A stretch of DNA of 64,000 nucleotides from Auanema rhodensis (GCA_964057225.1 OZ059900.1:15066001-15130000); one strand, 5' to 3'. Positions 1 to 15,000 are shown, counted from the stretch's first letter. Notes: generated from the letters alone by a model not told the origin. Made by a program: numbers and translations.

Positions 1-94
1 TTTAAAACAACCTTTTTTCTAATAATTATCTTTTTAATTCGACTTTTGGAAGAAAACAAAAATAGCATAACATTCAATAACGATGAATCAGAAC

Positions 95-99
95 AAAAA
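95..99 (-). terminator. RNA polymerase III oligo-T terminator, repeated in each unit
   Basis: Minus strand reads G73-AATG-TTTTT, a T5 run 4 nt after the discriminator base. It is shortened to T4 in unit 2 (plus-strand acgaaaac near 533). Confidence 0.85.
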
Positions 100-103
100 C
101 ATT

Positions 104-175
104 CTCCCCGGCCGGGAATTGAACCCGGGTCTCGCATGTGACAGACGCGGATACTCACCACTATACTACCGAGGA
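104..175 (-). tRNA. tRNA-Asp-GTC: tRNA-Asp(GUC), representative consensus copy (first in window)
   Basis: Reverse complement is TCCTCGGTAGTATAGTGGTGAGTATCCGCGTCTGTCACATGCGAGACCCGGGTTCAATTCCCGGCCGGGGAG (72 nt). It folds into a full cloverleaf: acceptor TCCTCGG/CCGGGGA with discriminator G73, D stem GTAT/GTAT, anticodon stem CGCGT/ATGCG with loop CT-GTC-AC, 4-nt variable loop, T stem CCGGG/CCCGG with loop TTCAATT. No intron and no encoded CCA. Internal A box (TAGTATAGTGG) and B box (GGTTCAATTCC) are present. Confidence 0.98.
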
Positions 176-541
176 TTGAATTTGCACTTAGAAACTTTCA
201 TTCAGAGTGTGAGTTTGAATTATAGTAGAAAAATGAAACACTGTCTCTAACATATCTTGATTTATGGCCTACTTTACTCAAAGAGCTAATTGAAGTTTGG
301 TGTTAGAATGAACAATTGATTAACGCTGACGTTTCAATTTTTTTCATCGTAATTGAGATAGAACATTTAAATTAAATGGAAATGTTTAAAAATTTAGAAA
401 AAATCACAAGCTCAAATCACTTTTGAAAAAACAGAAAGTTTAAAACAACCTTTTTTCTAATAATTATCTTTTTTATCCGACTTTTGTAAAAAAACAAAAA
501 TAGCATAACATTCAATAACGATGAATCAGAACGAAAACATT

Positions 542-613
542 CTCCCCGGCCGGGAATTGAACCTGGGTCTCGCATGTGACAGACGCGGATACTCACCACT
601 ATACTACCGAGGA
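542..613 (-). tRNA. tRNA-Asp-GTC: tRNA-Asp(GUC), variant G51A (A51:C63 mismatch in T stem)
   Basis: Plus strand acctgggtct instead of acccgggtct, change at 564. Confidence 0.9.
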
Positions 614-979
614 TTGAATTTGCACTTAGAAACTTTCATTCAGAGTGTGAGTTCGAATTATAGTAGAAAAATGAAACACTGTCTCTAACATATCTTGATT
701 TATGGCCTACTTTACTCAAAGAGCTAATTGAAGTTTGGTGTTAAAATGAACAATTGATTAACGCTGACGTTTCAATTTTTTTCATCGTAATTGAGATAGA
801 ACATTTAAATTAAATGGAAATGTTTAAAAATTTAGAAAAAATCACAAGCTCAAATCACTTTTGAAAAAACAGAAAGTTTAAAACAACCTTCTTTCTAATA
901 ATTATCTTTTTAATTCGACTTTTGGAAGAAAACAAAAATAGCATAACATTCAATAACGATGAATCAGAACAAAAACATT

Positions 980-1051
980 CTCCCCGGCCGGGAATTGAAC
1001 CCGGGTCTCGCATGTGACAGACGCGGAAACTCACCACTATACTACCGAGGA
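980..1051 (-). tRNA. tRNA-Asp-GTC: tRNA-Asp(GUC), variant A24U (breaks the U11-A24 D-stem pair)
   Basis: Plus strand acgcggaaac instead of acgcggatac, change at 1028. Confidence 0.9.
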
Positions 1052-4000
1052 TTGAATTTGCACTTAGAAACTTTCATTCAGAGTGTGAGTTCGAATTATA
1101 GTAGAAAAATGAAACACTGTCTCTAACATATCTTGATTTATGGCCTACTTTACTCAAAGAGCTAATTGAAGTTTGGTGTTAAAATGAACAATTGATTAAC
1201 GCTGACGTTTCAATTTTTTTCATCGTAATTGAGATAGAACATTTAAATTAAATGGAAATGTTTAAAAATTTAGAAAAAATCACAAGCTCAAATCACTTTT
1301 GAAAAAACAGAAAGTTTAAAACAACCTTTTTTCTAATAATTATCTTTTTTATCCGACTTTTGTAAAAAAACAAAAATAGCATAACATTCAATAACGATGA
1401 ATCAGAACAAAAACATTCTCCCCGGCCGGGAATTGAACCCGGGTCTCGCATGTGACAGACGCGGATACTCACCACTATACTACCGAGGATTGAATTTGCA
1501 CTTAGAAACTTTCATTAAGAGTGTGAGTTTGAATTATAGTAGAAAAATGAAACACTGTCTCTAACATATCTTGATTTATGGCCTACTTTACTCAAAGAGC
1601 TAATTGAAGTTTGGTGTTAAAATGAACAATTGATTAACGCTGACGTTTCAATTTTTTTCATCGTAATTGAGATAGAACATTTAAATTAAATGGAAGTGTT
1701 TAAAAATTTAGAAAAAATCACAAGCTCAAATCACTTTTGAAAAAACAGAAAGTTTAAAACAACCTTTTTTCTAATAATTATCTTTTTAATTCGACTTTTG
1801 GAAGAAAACAAAAATAGCATAACATTCAATAACGATGAATCAGAACAAAAACATTCTCCCCGGCCGGGAATTGAACCCGGGTCTCGCATGTGACAGACGC
1901 GGATACTCACCACTATACTACCGAGGATTGAATTTGCACTTAGAAACTTTCATTCAGAGTGTGAGTTCGAATTATAGTAGAAAAATGAAACACTGTCTCT
2001 AACATATCTTGATTTATGGCCTACTTTACTCAAAGAGCTAATTGAAGTTTGGTGTTAAAATGAACAATTGATTAACGCTGACGTTTCAATTTTTTTCATC
2101 GTAATTGAGATAGAACATTTAAATTAAATGGAAATGTTTAAAAATTTAGAAAAAATCACAAGCTCAAATCACTTTTGAAAAAACAGAATGTTTAAAACAA
2201 CCTTTTTTCTAATAATTATCTTTTTTATCCGACTTTTGTAAAAAAACAAAAATAGCATAACATTCAATAACGATGAATCAGAACAAAAACATTCTCCCCG
2301 GCCGGGAATTGAACCCGGGTCTCGCATGTGACAGACGCGGATACTCACCACTATACTACCGAGGATTGAATTTGCACTTAGAAACTTTCATTAAGAGTGT
2401 GAGTTTGAATTATAGTAGAAAAATGAAACACTGTCTCTAACATATCTTGATTTATGGCCTACTTTACTCAAAGAGCTAATTGAAGTTTGGTGTTAAAATG
2501 AACAATTGATTAACGCTGACGTTTCAATTTTTTTCATCGTAATTGAGATAGAACATTTAAATTAAATGGAAGTGTTTGAAAATTTAGAAAAAATCACAAG
2601 CTCAAATCACTTTTGAAAAAACAGAAAGTTTAAAACAACCTTTTTTCTAATAATTATCTTTTTAATTCGACTTTTGGAAGAAAACAAAAATAGCATAACA
2701 TTCAATAACGATGAATCAGAACAAAAACATTCTCCCCGGCCGGGAATTGAACCCGGGTCTCGCATGTGACAGACGCGGATACTCACCACTATACTACCGA
2801 GGATTGAATTTGCACTTAGAAACTTTCATTAAGAGTGTGAGTTTGAATTATAGTAGAAAAATGAAACACTGTCTCTAACATATCTTGATTTATGGCCTAC
2901 TTTACTCAAAGAGCTAATTGAAGTTTGGTGTTAAAATGAACAATTGATTAACGCTGACGTTTCAATTTTTTTCATCGTAATTGAGATAGAACATTTAAAT
3001 TAAATGGAAGTGTTTAAAAATTTAGAAAAAATCACAAGCTCAAATCACTTTTGAAAAAACAGAAAGTTTAAAACAACCTTTTTTCTAATAATTATCTTTT
3101 TAATTCGACTTTTGGAAGAAAACAAAAATAGTATAACATTCAATAACGATGAATCAGAACAAAAACATTCTCCCCGGCCGGGAATTGAACCCGGGTCTCG
3201 CATGTGACAGACGCGGATACTCACCACTATACTACCGAGGATTGAATTTGCACTTAGAAACTTTCACTAAGAGTGTGAGTTTGAATTATAGTAGAAAAAT
3301 GAAACACTGTCTCTAACATATCTTGATTTATGGCCTACTTTACTCAAAGAGCTAATTGAAGTTTGGTGTTAGAATGAACAATTGATTAACGCTGACGTTT
3401 CAATTTTTTTCATCGTAATTGAGATAGAACATTTAAATTAAATGGAAATGTTTAACGACTTAGAAAAAAAACACAAGCTCAAATCACTTTTGAAAAAACA
3501 GAAAGTTTAAAACAACCTTTTTTCTAATAATTATCTTTTTTATCGGACTTTTGGAAGAAAACAAAAATAGCATAACATTCAATAACGATGAATCAGAACA
3601 AAAACATTCTCCCCGGCCGGGAATTGAACCCGGGTCTCGCATGTGACAGACGCGGATACTCACCACTATACTACCGAGGATTGAATTTGCACTTAGAAAC
3701 TTTCATTAAGAGTGTGAGTTTGAATTATAGTAGAAAAATGAAACACTGTCTCTAACATATCTTGATTTATGGCCTACTTTACTCAAAGAGCTAATGGAAG
3801 TTTGGTGTTAGAATGAACAATTGATTAACGCTGACGTTTCAATTTTTTTCATCGTACTTGAGATAGAACATTTAAATTAAATGGAAATGTTTAAAAATTT
3901 AGAAAAAATCACAAGCTCAAATCACTTTTGAAAAAACAGAAAGTTTAAAACAACTTTTTTTCTAATAATTATCTTTTTTATCCAACTTTTGTAAAAAAAC

Positions 4001-6099
4001 AAAAATAGCATAACATTCAATAACGATGAATCAGAACAAAAACATTCTCCCCGGCCGGGAATTGAACCCGGGTCTCGCATGTGACAGACGCGGATACTCA
4101 CCACTATACTACCGAGGATTGAATTTGCACTTAGAAACTTTCATTAAGAGTGTGAGTTTGAATTATAGTAGAAAAATGAAACACTGTCTCTAACATATCT
4201 TGATTTATGGCCTACTTTACTCAAAGAGCAAATTGAAGTTTGGTGTTAGAATGAACAATTGATTAACGCTGACGTTTCAATTTTTTTCATCGTAATTGAG
4301 ATAGAACATTTAAATTAAATGGAAATGTTTAAAAATTTAGAAAAAATCACAAGCTCAAATCACTTTTGAAAAAACAGAAAGTTTAAAACAACCTTTTTTC
4401 TAATAATTATCTTTTTTATCCGACTTTTGTAAAAAAACAAAAATAGCATAACATTCAATAACGATGAATCAGAACAAAAACATTCTCCCCGGCCGGGAAT
4501 TGAACCCGGGTCTCGCATGTGACAGACGCGGATACTCACCACTATACTACCGAGGATTGAATTTGCACTTAGAAACTTTCATTAAGAGTGTGAGTTTGAA
4601 TTATAGTAGAAAAATGAAACACTGTCTCTAACATATCTTGATTTATGGCCTACTTTACTCAAAGAGCTAATTGAAGTTTGGTGTTAGAATGAACAATTGA
4701 TTAACGCTGACGTTTCAATTTTTTTCATCGTAATTGAGATAGAACATTTAAATTAAATGGAAATGTTTAAAAATTTAGAAAAAATCACAAGCTCAAATCA
4801 CTTTTGAAAAAACAGAAAGTTTAAAACAACCTTTTTTCTAATAATTATCTTTTTTATCCGACTTTTGGAAGTAAACAAAAATAGCATAACATTCAATAAC
4901 GATGAATCAGAACAAAAACATTCTCCCCGGCCGGGAATTGAACCCGGGTCTCGCATGTGACAGACGCGGATACTCACCACTATACTACCGAGGATTGAAT
5001 TTGCACTTAGAAACTTTCATTAAGAGTGTGAGTTTGAATTATAGTAGAAAAATGAAACACTGTCTCTAACATATCTTGATTTATGGCCTACTTTACTCAA
5101 AGAGCTAATGGAAGTTTGGTGTTAGAATGAACAATTGATTAACGCTGACGTTTCAATTTTTTTCATCGTACTTGAGATAGAACATTTAAATTAAATGGAA
5201 ATGTTTAAAAATTTAGAAAAAATCACAAGCTCAAATCACTTTTGAAAAAACAGAAAGTTTAAAACAACTTTTTTTCTAATAATTATCTTTTTTATCCAAC
5301 TTTTGTAAAAAAACAAAAATAGCATAACATTCAATAACGATGAATCAGAACAAAAACATTCTCCCCGGCCGGGAATTGAACCCGGGTCTCGCATGTGACA
5401 GACGCGGATACTCACCACTATACTACCGAGGATTGAATTTGCACTTAGAAACTTTCATTAAGAGTGTGAGTTTGAATTATAGTAGAAAAATGAAACACTG
5501 TCTCTAACATATCTTGATTTATGGCCTACTTTACTCAAAGAGCTAATTGAAGTTTGGTGTTAGAATGAACAATTGATTAACGCTGACGTTTCAATTTTTT
5601 TCATCGTAATTGAGATAGAACATTTAAATTAAATGGAAATGTTTAAAAATTTAGAAAAAATCACAAGCTCAAATCACTTTTGAAAAAACAGAAAGTTTAA
5701 AACAACCTTTTTTCTAATAATTATCTTTTTTATCCGACTTTTGTAAAAAAACAAAAATAGCATAACATTCAATAACGATGAATCAGAACAAAAACATTCT
5801 CCCCGGCCGGGAATTGAACCCGGGTCTCGCATGTGACAGACGCGGATACTCACCACTATACTACCGAGGATTGAATTTGCACTTAGAAACTTTCATTAAG
5901 AGTGTGAGTTTGAATTATAGTAGAAAAATGAAACACTGTCTCTAACATATCTTGATTTATGGCCTACTTTACTCAAAGAGCTAATTGAAGTTTGGTGTTA
6001 GAATGAACAATTGATTAACGCTGACGTTTCAATTTTTTTCATCGTAATTGAGATAGAACATTTAAATTAAATGGAAATGTTTAAAAATTTAGAAAAAAT

Positions 6100-9000
6100 C
6101 ACAAGCTCAAATCACTTTTGAAAAAACAGAAAGTTTAAAACAACCTTTTTTCTAATAATTATCTTTTTTATCCGACTTTTGTAAAAAAACAAAAATAGCA
6201 TAACATTCAATAACGATGAATCAGAACAAAAACATTCTCCCCGGCCGGGAATTGAACCCGGGTCTCGCATGTGACAGACGCGGATACTCACCACTATACT
6301 ACCGAGGATTGAATTTGCACTTAGAAACTTTCATTAAGAGTGTGAGTTTGAATTATAGTAGAAAAATGAAACACTGTCTCTAACATATCTTGATTTATGG
6401 CCTACTTTACTCAAAGAGCTAATTGAAGTTTGGTGTTAAAATGAACAATTGATTAACGCTGACGTTTCAATTTTTTTCATCGTAATTGAGATAGAACATT
6501 TAAATTAAATGGAAGTGTTTAAAAATTTAGAAAAAATCACAAGCTCAAATCACTTTTGAAAAAACAGAAAGTTTAAAACAACCTTTTTTCTAATAATTAT
6601 CTTTTTTATCCGACTTTTGGAAGTAAACAAAAATAGCATAACATTCAATAACGATGAATCAGAACAAAAACATTCTCCCCGGCCGGGAATTGAACCCGGG
6701 TCTCGCATGTGACAGACGCGGATACTCACCACTATACTACCGAGGATTGAATTTGCACTTAGAAACTTTCATTAAGAGTGTGAGTTTGAATTATAGTAGA
6801 AAAATGAAACACTGTCTCTAACATATCTTGATTTATGGCCTACTTTACTCAAAGAGCTAATGGAAGTTTGGTGTTAGAATGAAGAATTGATTAACGCTGA
6901 CGTTTCAATTTTTTTCATCGTACTTGAGATAGAACATTTAAATTAAATGGAAATGTTTAAAAATTTAGAAAAAATCACAAGCTCAAATCACTTTTGAAAA
7001 AACAGAAAGTTTAAAACAACTTTTTTTCTAATAATTATCTTTTTTATCCGACTTTTGTAAAAAAACAAAAATAGCATAACATTCAATAACGATGAATCAG
7101 AACAAAAACATTCTCCCCGGCCGGGAATTGAACCCGGGTCTCGCATGTGACAGACGCGGATACTCACCACTATACTACCGAGGATTGAATTTGCACTTAG
7201 AAACTTTCATTAAGAGTGTGAGTTTGAATTATAGTAGAAAAATGAAACACTGTCTCTAACATATCTTGATTTATGGCCTACTTTACTCAAAGAGCTAATT
7301 GAAGTTTGGTGTTAGAATGAACAATTGATTAACGCTGACGTTTCAATTTTTTTCATCGTAATTGAGATAGAACATTCAAATTAAATAGAAATGTTTAAAA
7401 ATTTAGAAAAAATCACAAGCTCAAATCACTTTTGAAAAAACAGAAAGTTTAAAACAACCTTTTTTCTAATAATTATCTTTTTTATCCGACTTTTGTAAAA
7501 AAACAAAAATAGCATAACATTCAATAACGATGAATCAGAACAAAAACATTCTCCCCGGCCGGGAATTGAACCCGGGTCTCGCATGTGACAGACGCGGATA
7601 CTCACCACTATACTACCGAGGATTGAATTTGCACTTAGAAACTTTCACTAAGAGTGTGAGTTTGAATTATAGTAGAAAAATGAAACACTGTCTCTAACAT
7701 ATCTTGATTTATGGCCTACTTTACTCAAAGAGCTAATTGAAGTTTGGTGTTAAAATGAACAATTGATTAACGCTGACGTTTCAATTTTTTTCATCGTAAT
7801 TGAGATAGAACATTTAAATTAAATGGAAATGTTTAAAAATTTAGAAAAAATCACAAGCTCAAATCACTTTTGAAAAAACAGAAAGTTTAAAACAACCTTT
7901 TTTCTAATAATTATCTTTTTAATTCGACTTTTGGAAGAAAACAAAAATAGCATAACATTCAATAACGATGAATCAGAACAAAAACATTCTCCCCGGCCGG
8001 GAATTGAACCCGGGTCTCGCATGTGACAGACGCGGATACTCACCACTATACTACCGAGGATTGAATTTGCACTTAGAAACTTTCATTAAGAGTGTGAGTT
8101 TGAATTATAGTAGAAAAATGAAACACTGTCTCTAACATATCTTGATTTATGGCCTACTTTACTCAAAGAGCTAATTGAAGTTTGGTGTTAAAATGAACAA
8201 TTGATTAACGCTGACGTTTCAATTTTTTTCATCGTTATTGAGATAGAACATTTAAATTAAATGGAAGTGTTTAAAAATTTAGAAAAAATCACAAGCTCAA
8301 ATCACTTTTGAAAAAACAGAAAGTTTAAAACAACCTTTTTTCTAATAATTATCTTTTTAATTCGACTTTTGGAAGAAAACAAAAATAGCATAACATTCAA
8401 TAACGATGAATCAGAACAAAAACATTCTCCCCGGCCGGGAATTGAACCCGGGTCTCGCATGTGACAGACGCGGATACTCACCACTATACTACCGAGGATT
8501 GAATTTGCACTTAGAAACTTTCATTAAGAGTGTGAGTTCGAATTATAGTAGAAAAATGAAACACTGTCTCTAACATATCTTGATTTATGGCCTACTTTAC
8601 TCAAAGAGCTAATTGAAGTTTGGTGTTAAAATGAACAATTGATTAACGCTGACGTTTCAATTTTTTTCATCGTAATTGAGATAGAACATTTAAATTAAAT
8701 GGAAGTGTTTAAAAATTTAGAAAAAATCACAAGCTCAAATCACTTTTGAAAAAACAGAAAGTTTAAAACAACCTTTTTTCTAATAATTATCTTTTTTATC
8801 CGACTTTTGTAAAAAAACAAAAATAGCATAACATTCAATAACGATGAATCAGAACAAAAACATTCTCCCCGGCCGGGAATTGAACCCGGGTCTCGCATGT
8901 GACAGACGCGGATACTCACCACTATACTACCGAGGATTGAATTTGCACTTAGAAACTTTCATTAAGAGTGTGAGTTTGAATTATAGTAGAAAAATGAAAC

Positions 9001-12000
9001 ACTGTCTCTAACATATCTTGATTTATGGCCTACTTTACTCAAAGAGCTAATTGAAGTTTGGTGTTAAAATGAACAATTGATTAACGCTGACGTTTCAATT
9101 TTTTTCATCGTAATTGAGATAGAACATTTAAATTAAATGGAAGTGTTTAAAAATTTAGAAAAAATCACAAGCTCAAATCACTTTTGAAAAAACAGAAAGT
9201 TTAAAACAACCTTTTTTCTAATAATTATCTTTTTAATTCGACTTTTGGAAGAAAACAAAAATAGCATAACATTCAATAACGATGAATCAGAACAAAAACA
9301 TTCTCCCCGGCCGGGAATTGAACCCGGGTCTCGCATGTGACAGACGCGGATACTCACCACTATACTACCGAGGATTGAATTTGCACTTAGAAACTTTCAC
9401 TAAGAGTGTGAGTTTGAATTATAGTAGAAAAATGAAACACTGTCTCTAACATATCTTGATTTATGGCCTACTTTACTCAAAGAGCTAATTGAAGTTTGGT
9501 GTTAGAATGAACAATTGATTAACGCTGACGTTTCAATTTTTTTCATCGTAATTGAGATAGAACATTTAAATTAAATGGAAATGTTTAACGACTTAGAAAA
9601 AAAACACAAGCTCAAATCACTTTTGAAAAAACAGAAAGTTTAAAACAACTTTTTTTCTAATAATTATCTTTTTTATCCGACTTTTGTAAAAAAACAAAAA
9701 TAGCATAACATTCAATAACGATGAATCAGAACAAAAACATTCTCCCCGGCCGGGAATTGAACCCGGGTCTCGCATGTGACAGACGCGGATACTCACCACT
9801 ATACTACCGAGGATTGAATTTGCACTTAGAAACTTTCACTAAGAGTGTGAGTTTGAATTATAGTAGAAAAATGAAACACTGTCTCTAACATATCTTGATT
9901 TATGGCCTACTTTACTCAAAGAGCTAATTGAAGTTTGGTGTTAGAATGAACAATTGATTAACGCTGACGTTTCAATTTTTTTCATCGTAATTGAGATAGA
10001 ACATTTAAATTAAATGGAAATGTTTAACGACTTAGAAAAAAAACACAAGCTCAAATCACTTTTGAAAAAACAGAAAGTTTAAAACAACTTTTTTTCTAAT
10101 AATTATCTTTTTTATCCGACTTTTGTAAAAAAACAAAAATAGCATAACATTCAATAACGATGAATCAGAACAAAAACATTCTCCCCGGCCGGGAATTGAA
10201 CCCGGGTCTCGCATGTGACAGACGCGGATACTCACCACTATACTACCGAGGATTGAATTTGCACTTAGAAACTTTCATTAAGAGTGTGAGTTTGAATTAT
10301 AGTAGAAAAATGAAACACTGTCTCTAACATATCTTGATTTATGGCCTACTTTACTCAAAGAGCTAATTGAAGTTTGGTGTTAAAATGAACAATTGATTAA
10401 CGCTGACGTTTCAATTTTTTTCATCGTAATTGAGATAGAACATTTAAATTAAATGGAAGTGTTTAAAAATTTAGAAAAAATCACAAGCTCAAATCACTTT
10501 TGAAAAAACAGAAAGTTTAAAACAACCTTTTTTCTAATAATTATCTTTTTAATTCGACTTTTGGAAGAAAACAAAAATAGTATAACATTCAATAACGATG
10601 AATCAGAACAAAAACATTCTCCCCGGCCGGGAATTGAACCCGGGTCTCGCATGTGACAGACGCGGATACTCACCACTATACTACCGAGGATTGAATTTGC
10701 ACTTAGAAACTTTCACTAAGAGTGTGAGTTTGAATTATAGTAGAAAAATGAAACACTGTCTCTAACATATCTTGATTTATGGCCTACTTTACTCAAAGAG
10801 CTAATTGAAGTTTGGTGTTAGAATGAACAATTGATTAACGCTGACGTTTCAATTTTTTTCATCGTAATTGAGATAGAACATTTAAATTAAATGGAAATGT
10901 TTAACGACTTAGAAAAAAAACACAAGCTCAAATCACTTTTGAAAAAACAGAAAGTTTAAAACAACCTTTTTTCTAATAATTATCTTTTTTATCCGACTTT
11001 TGGAAGTAAACAAAAATAGCATAACATTCAATAACGATGAATCAGAACAAAAACATTCTCCCCGGCCGGGAATTGAACCCGGGTCTCGCATGTGACAGAC
11101 GCGGATACTCACCACTATACTACCGAGGATTGAATTTGCACTTAGAAACTTTCATTAAGAGTGTGAGTTTGAATTATAGTAGAAAAATGAAACACTGTCT
11201 CTAACATATCTTGATTTATGGCCTACTTTACTCAAAGAGCTAATGGAAGTTTGGTGTTAGAATGAACAATTGATTAACGCTGACGTTTCAATTTTTTTCA
11301 TCGTACTTGAGATAGAACATTTAAATTAAATGGAAATGTTTAAAAATTTAGAAAAAATCACAAGCTCAAATCACTTTTGAAAAAACAGAAAGTTTAAAAC
11401 AACTTTTTTTCTAATAATTATCTTTTTTATCCAACTTTTGTAAAAAAACAAAAATAGCATAACATTCAATAACGATGAATCAGAACAAAAACATTCTCCC
11501 CGGCCGGGAATTGAACCCGGGTCTCGCATGTGACAGACGCGGATACTCACCACTATACTACCGAGGATTGAATTTGCACTTAGAAACTTTCACTAAGAGT
11601 GTGAGTTTGAATTATAGTAGAAAAATGAAACACTGTCTCTAACATATCTTGATTTATGGCCTACTTTACTCAAAGAGCTAATTGAAGTTTGGTGTTAGAA
11701 TGAACAATTGATTAACGCTGACGTTTCAATTTTTTTCATCGTAATTGAGATAGAACATTTAAATTAAATGGAAATGTTTAACGACTTAGAAAAAAAACAC
11801 AAGCTCAAATCACTTTTGAAAAAACAGAAAGTTTAAAACAACCTTTTTTCTAATAATTATCTTTTTTATCCGACTTTTGGAAGAAAACAAAAATAGCATA
11901 ACATTCAATAACGATGAATCAGAACAAAAACATTCTCCCCGGCCGGGAATTGAACCCGGGTCTCGCATGTGACAGACGCGGATACTCACCACTATACTAC

Positions 12001-15000
12001 CGAGGATTGAATTTGCACTTAGAAACTTTCATTAAGAGTGTGAGTTTGAATTATAGTAGAAAAATGAAACACTGTCTCTAACATATCTTGATTTATGGCC
12101 TACTTTACTCAAAGAGCTAATGGAAGTTTGGTGTTAGAATGAACAATTGATTAACGCTGACGTTTCAATTTTTTTCATCGTACTTGAGATAGAACATTTA
12201 AATTAAATGGAAATGTTTAAAAATTTAGAAAAAATCACAAGCTCAAATCACTTTTGAAAAAACAGAAAGTTTAAAACAACTTTTTTTCTAATAATTATCT
12301 TTTTTATCCAACTTTTGTAAAAAAACAAAAATAGCATAACATTCAATAACGATGAATCAGAACAAAAACATTCTCCCCGGCCGGGAATTGAACCCGGGTC
12401 TCGCATGTGACAGACGCGGATACTCACCACTATACTACCGAGGATTGAATTTGCACTTAGAAACTTTCACTAAGAGTGTGAGTTTGAATTATAGTAGAAA
12501 AATGAAACACTGTCTCTAACATATCTTGATTTATGGCCTACTTTACTCAAAGAGCTAATTGAAGTTTGGTGTTAGAATGAACAATTGATTAACGCTGACG
12601 TTTCAATTTTTTTCATCGTAATTGAGATAGAACATTTAAATTAAATGGAAATGTTTAACGACTTAGAAAAAAAACACAAGCTCAAATCACTTTTGAAAAA
12701 ACAGAAAGTTTAAAACAACCTTTTTTCTAATAATTATCTTTTTTATCCGACTTTTGGAAGAAAACAAAAATAGCATAACATTCAATAACGATGAATCAGA
12801 ACAAAAACATTCTCCCCGGCCGGGAATTGAACCCGGGTCTCGCATGTGACAGACGCGGATACTCACCACTATACTACCGAGGATTGAATTTGCACTTAGA
12901 AACTTTCATTAAGAGTGTGAGTTTGAATTATAGTAGAAAAATGAAACACTGTCTCTAACATATCTTGATTTATGGCCTACTTTACTCAAAGAGCTAATGG
13001 AAGTTTGGTGTTAGAATGAACAATTGATTAACGCTGACGTTTCAATTTTTTTCATCGTACTTGAGATAGAACATTTAAATTAAATGGAAATGTTTAAAAA
13101 TTTAGAAAAAATCACAAGCTCAAATCACTTTTGAAAAAACAGAAAGTTTAAAACAACTTTTTTTCTAATAATTATCTTTTTTATCCAACTTTTGTAAAAA
13201 AACAAAAATAGCATAACATTCAATAACGATGAATCAGAACAAAAACATTCTCCCCGGCCGGGAATTGAACCCGGGTCTCGCATGTGACAGACGCGGATAC
13301 TCACCACTATACTACCGAGGATTGAATTTGCACTTAGAAACTTTCACTAAGAGTGTGAGTTTGAATTATAGTAGAAAAATGAAACACTGTCTCTAACATA
13401 TCTTGATTTATGGCCTACTTTACTCAAAGAGCTAATTGAAGTTTGGTGTTAGAATGAACAATTGATTAACGCTGACGTTTCAATTTTTTTCATCGTAATT
13501 GAGATAGAACATTTAAATTAAATGGAAATGTTTAACGACTTAGAAAAAAAACACAAGCTCAAATCACTTTTGAAAAAACAGAAAGTTTAAAACAACCTTT
13601 TTTCTAATAATTATCTTTTTTATCCGACTTTTGTAAAAAAACAAAAATAGCATAACATTCAATAACGATGAATCAGAACAAAAACATTCTCCCCGGCCGG
13701 GAATTGAACCCGGGTCTCGCATGTGACAGACGCGGATACTCACCACTATACTACCGAGGATTGAATTTGCACTTAGAAACTTTCATTAAGAGTGTGAGTT
13801 TGAATTATAGTAGAAAAATGAAACACTGTCTCTAACATATCTTGATTTATGGCCTACTTTACTCAAAGAGCTAATTGAAGTTTGGTGTTAAAATGAACAA
13901 TTGATTAACGCTGACGTTTCAATTTTTTTCATCGTAATTGAGATAGAACATTTAAATTAAATGGAAGTGTTTAAAAATTTAGAAAAAATCACAAGCTCAA
14001 ATCACTTTTGAAAAAACAGAAAGTTTAAAACAACCTTTTTTCTAATAATTATCTTTTTTATCCGACTTTTGGAAGTAAACAAAAATAGCATAACATTCAA
14101 TAACGATGAATCAGAACAAAAACATTCTCCCCGGCCGGGAATTGAACCCGGGTCTCGCATGTGACAGACGCGGATACTCACCACTATACTACCGAGGATT
14201 GAATTTGCACTTAGAAACTTTCATTAAGAGTGTGAGTTTGAATTATAGTAGAAAAATGAAACACTGTCTCTAACATATCTTGATTTATGGCCTACTTTAC
14301 TCAAAGAGCTAATGGAAGTTTGGTGTTAGAATGAAGAATTGATTAACGCTGACGTTTCAATTTTTTTCATCGTACTTGAGATAGAACATTTAAATTAAAT
14401 GGAAATGTTTAAAAATTTAGAAAAAATCACAAGCTCAAATCACTTTTGAAAAAACAGAAAGTTTAAAACAACTTTTTTTCTAATAATTATCTTTTTTATC
14501 CGACTTTTGTAAAAAAACAAAAATAGCATAACATTCAATAACGATGAATCAGAACAAAAACATTCTCCCCGGCCGGGAATTGAACCCGGGTCTCGCATGT
14601 GACAGACGCGGATACTCACCACTATACTACCGAGGATTGAATTTGCACTTAGAAACTTTCATTAAGAGTGTGAGTTTGAATTATAGTAGAAAAATGAAAC
14701 ACTGTCTCTAACATATCTTGATTTATGGCCTACTTTACTCAAAGAGCTAATTGAAGTTTGGTGTTAGAATGAACAATTGATTAACGCTGACGTTTCAATT
14801 TTTTTCATCGTAATTGAGATAGAACATTCAAATTAAATAGAAATGTTTAAAAATTTAGAAAAAATCACAAGCTCAAATCACTTTTGAAAAAACAGAAAGT
14901 TTAAAACAACCTTTTTTCTAATAATTATCTTTTTTATCCGACTTTTGTAAAAAAACAAAAATAGCATAACATTCAATAACGATGAATCAGAACAAAAACA

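Noticed and set aside
104-175. tRNA-derived SINE or pseudogene interpretation of the unit
   Set aside because: The cloverleaf is perfect with an immediate T5 terminator, and there is no SINE body, poly(A) tail, encoded CCA or per-unit TSD.
262-272. tatGGCCtac as a telomere-addition or DNA-elimination break motif
   Set aside because: It is only a 4-bp palindrome, I saw no TTAGGC repeats in the window, and it is too short to support a claim.
651-659. GTTCGAATT variant in some spacers as an extra B box
   Set aside because: It lacks the conserved terminal C of GTTCRANNC, has no paired A box, and is just a T>C SNP in a few units.
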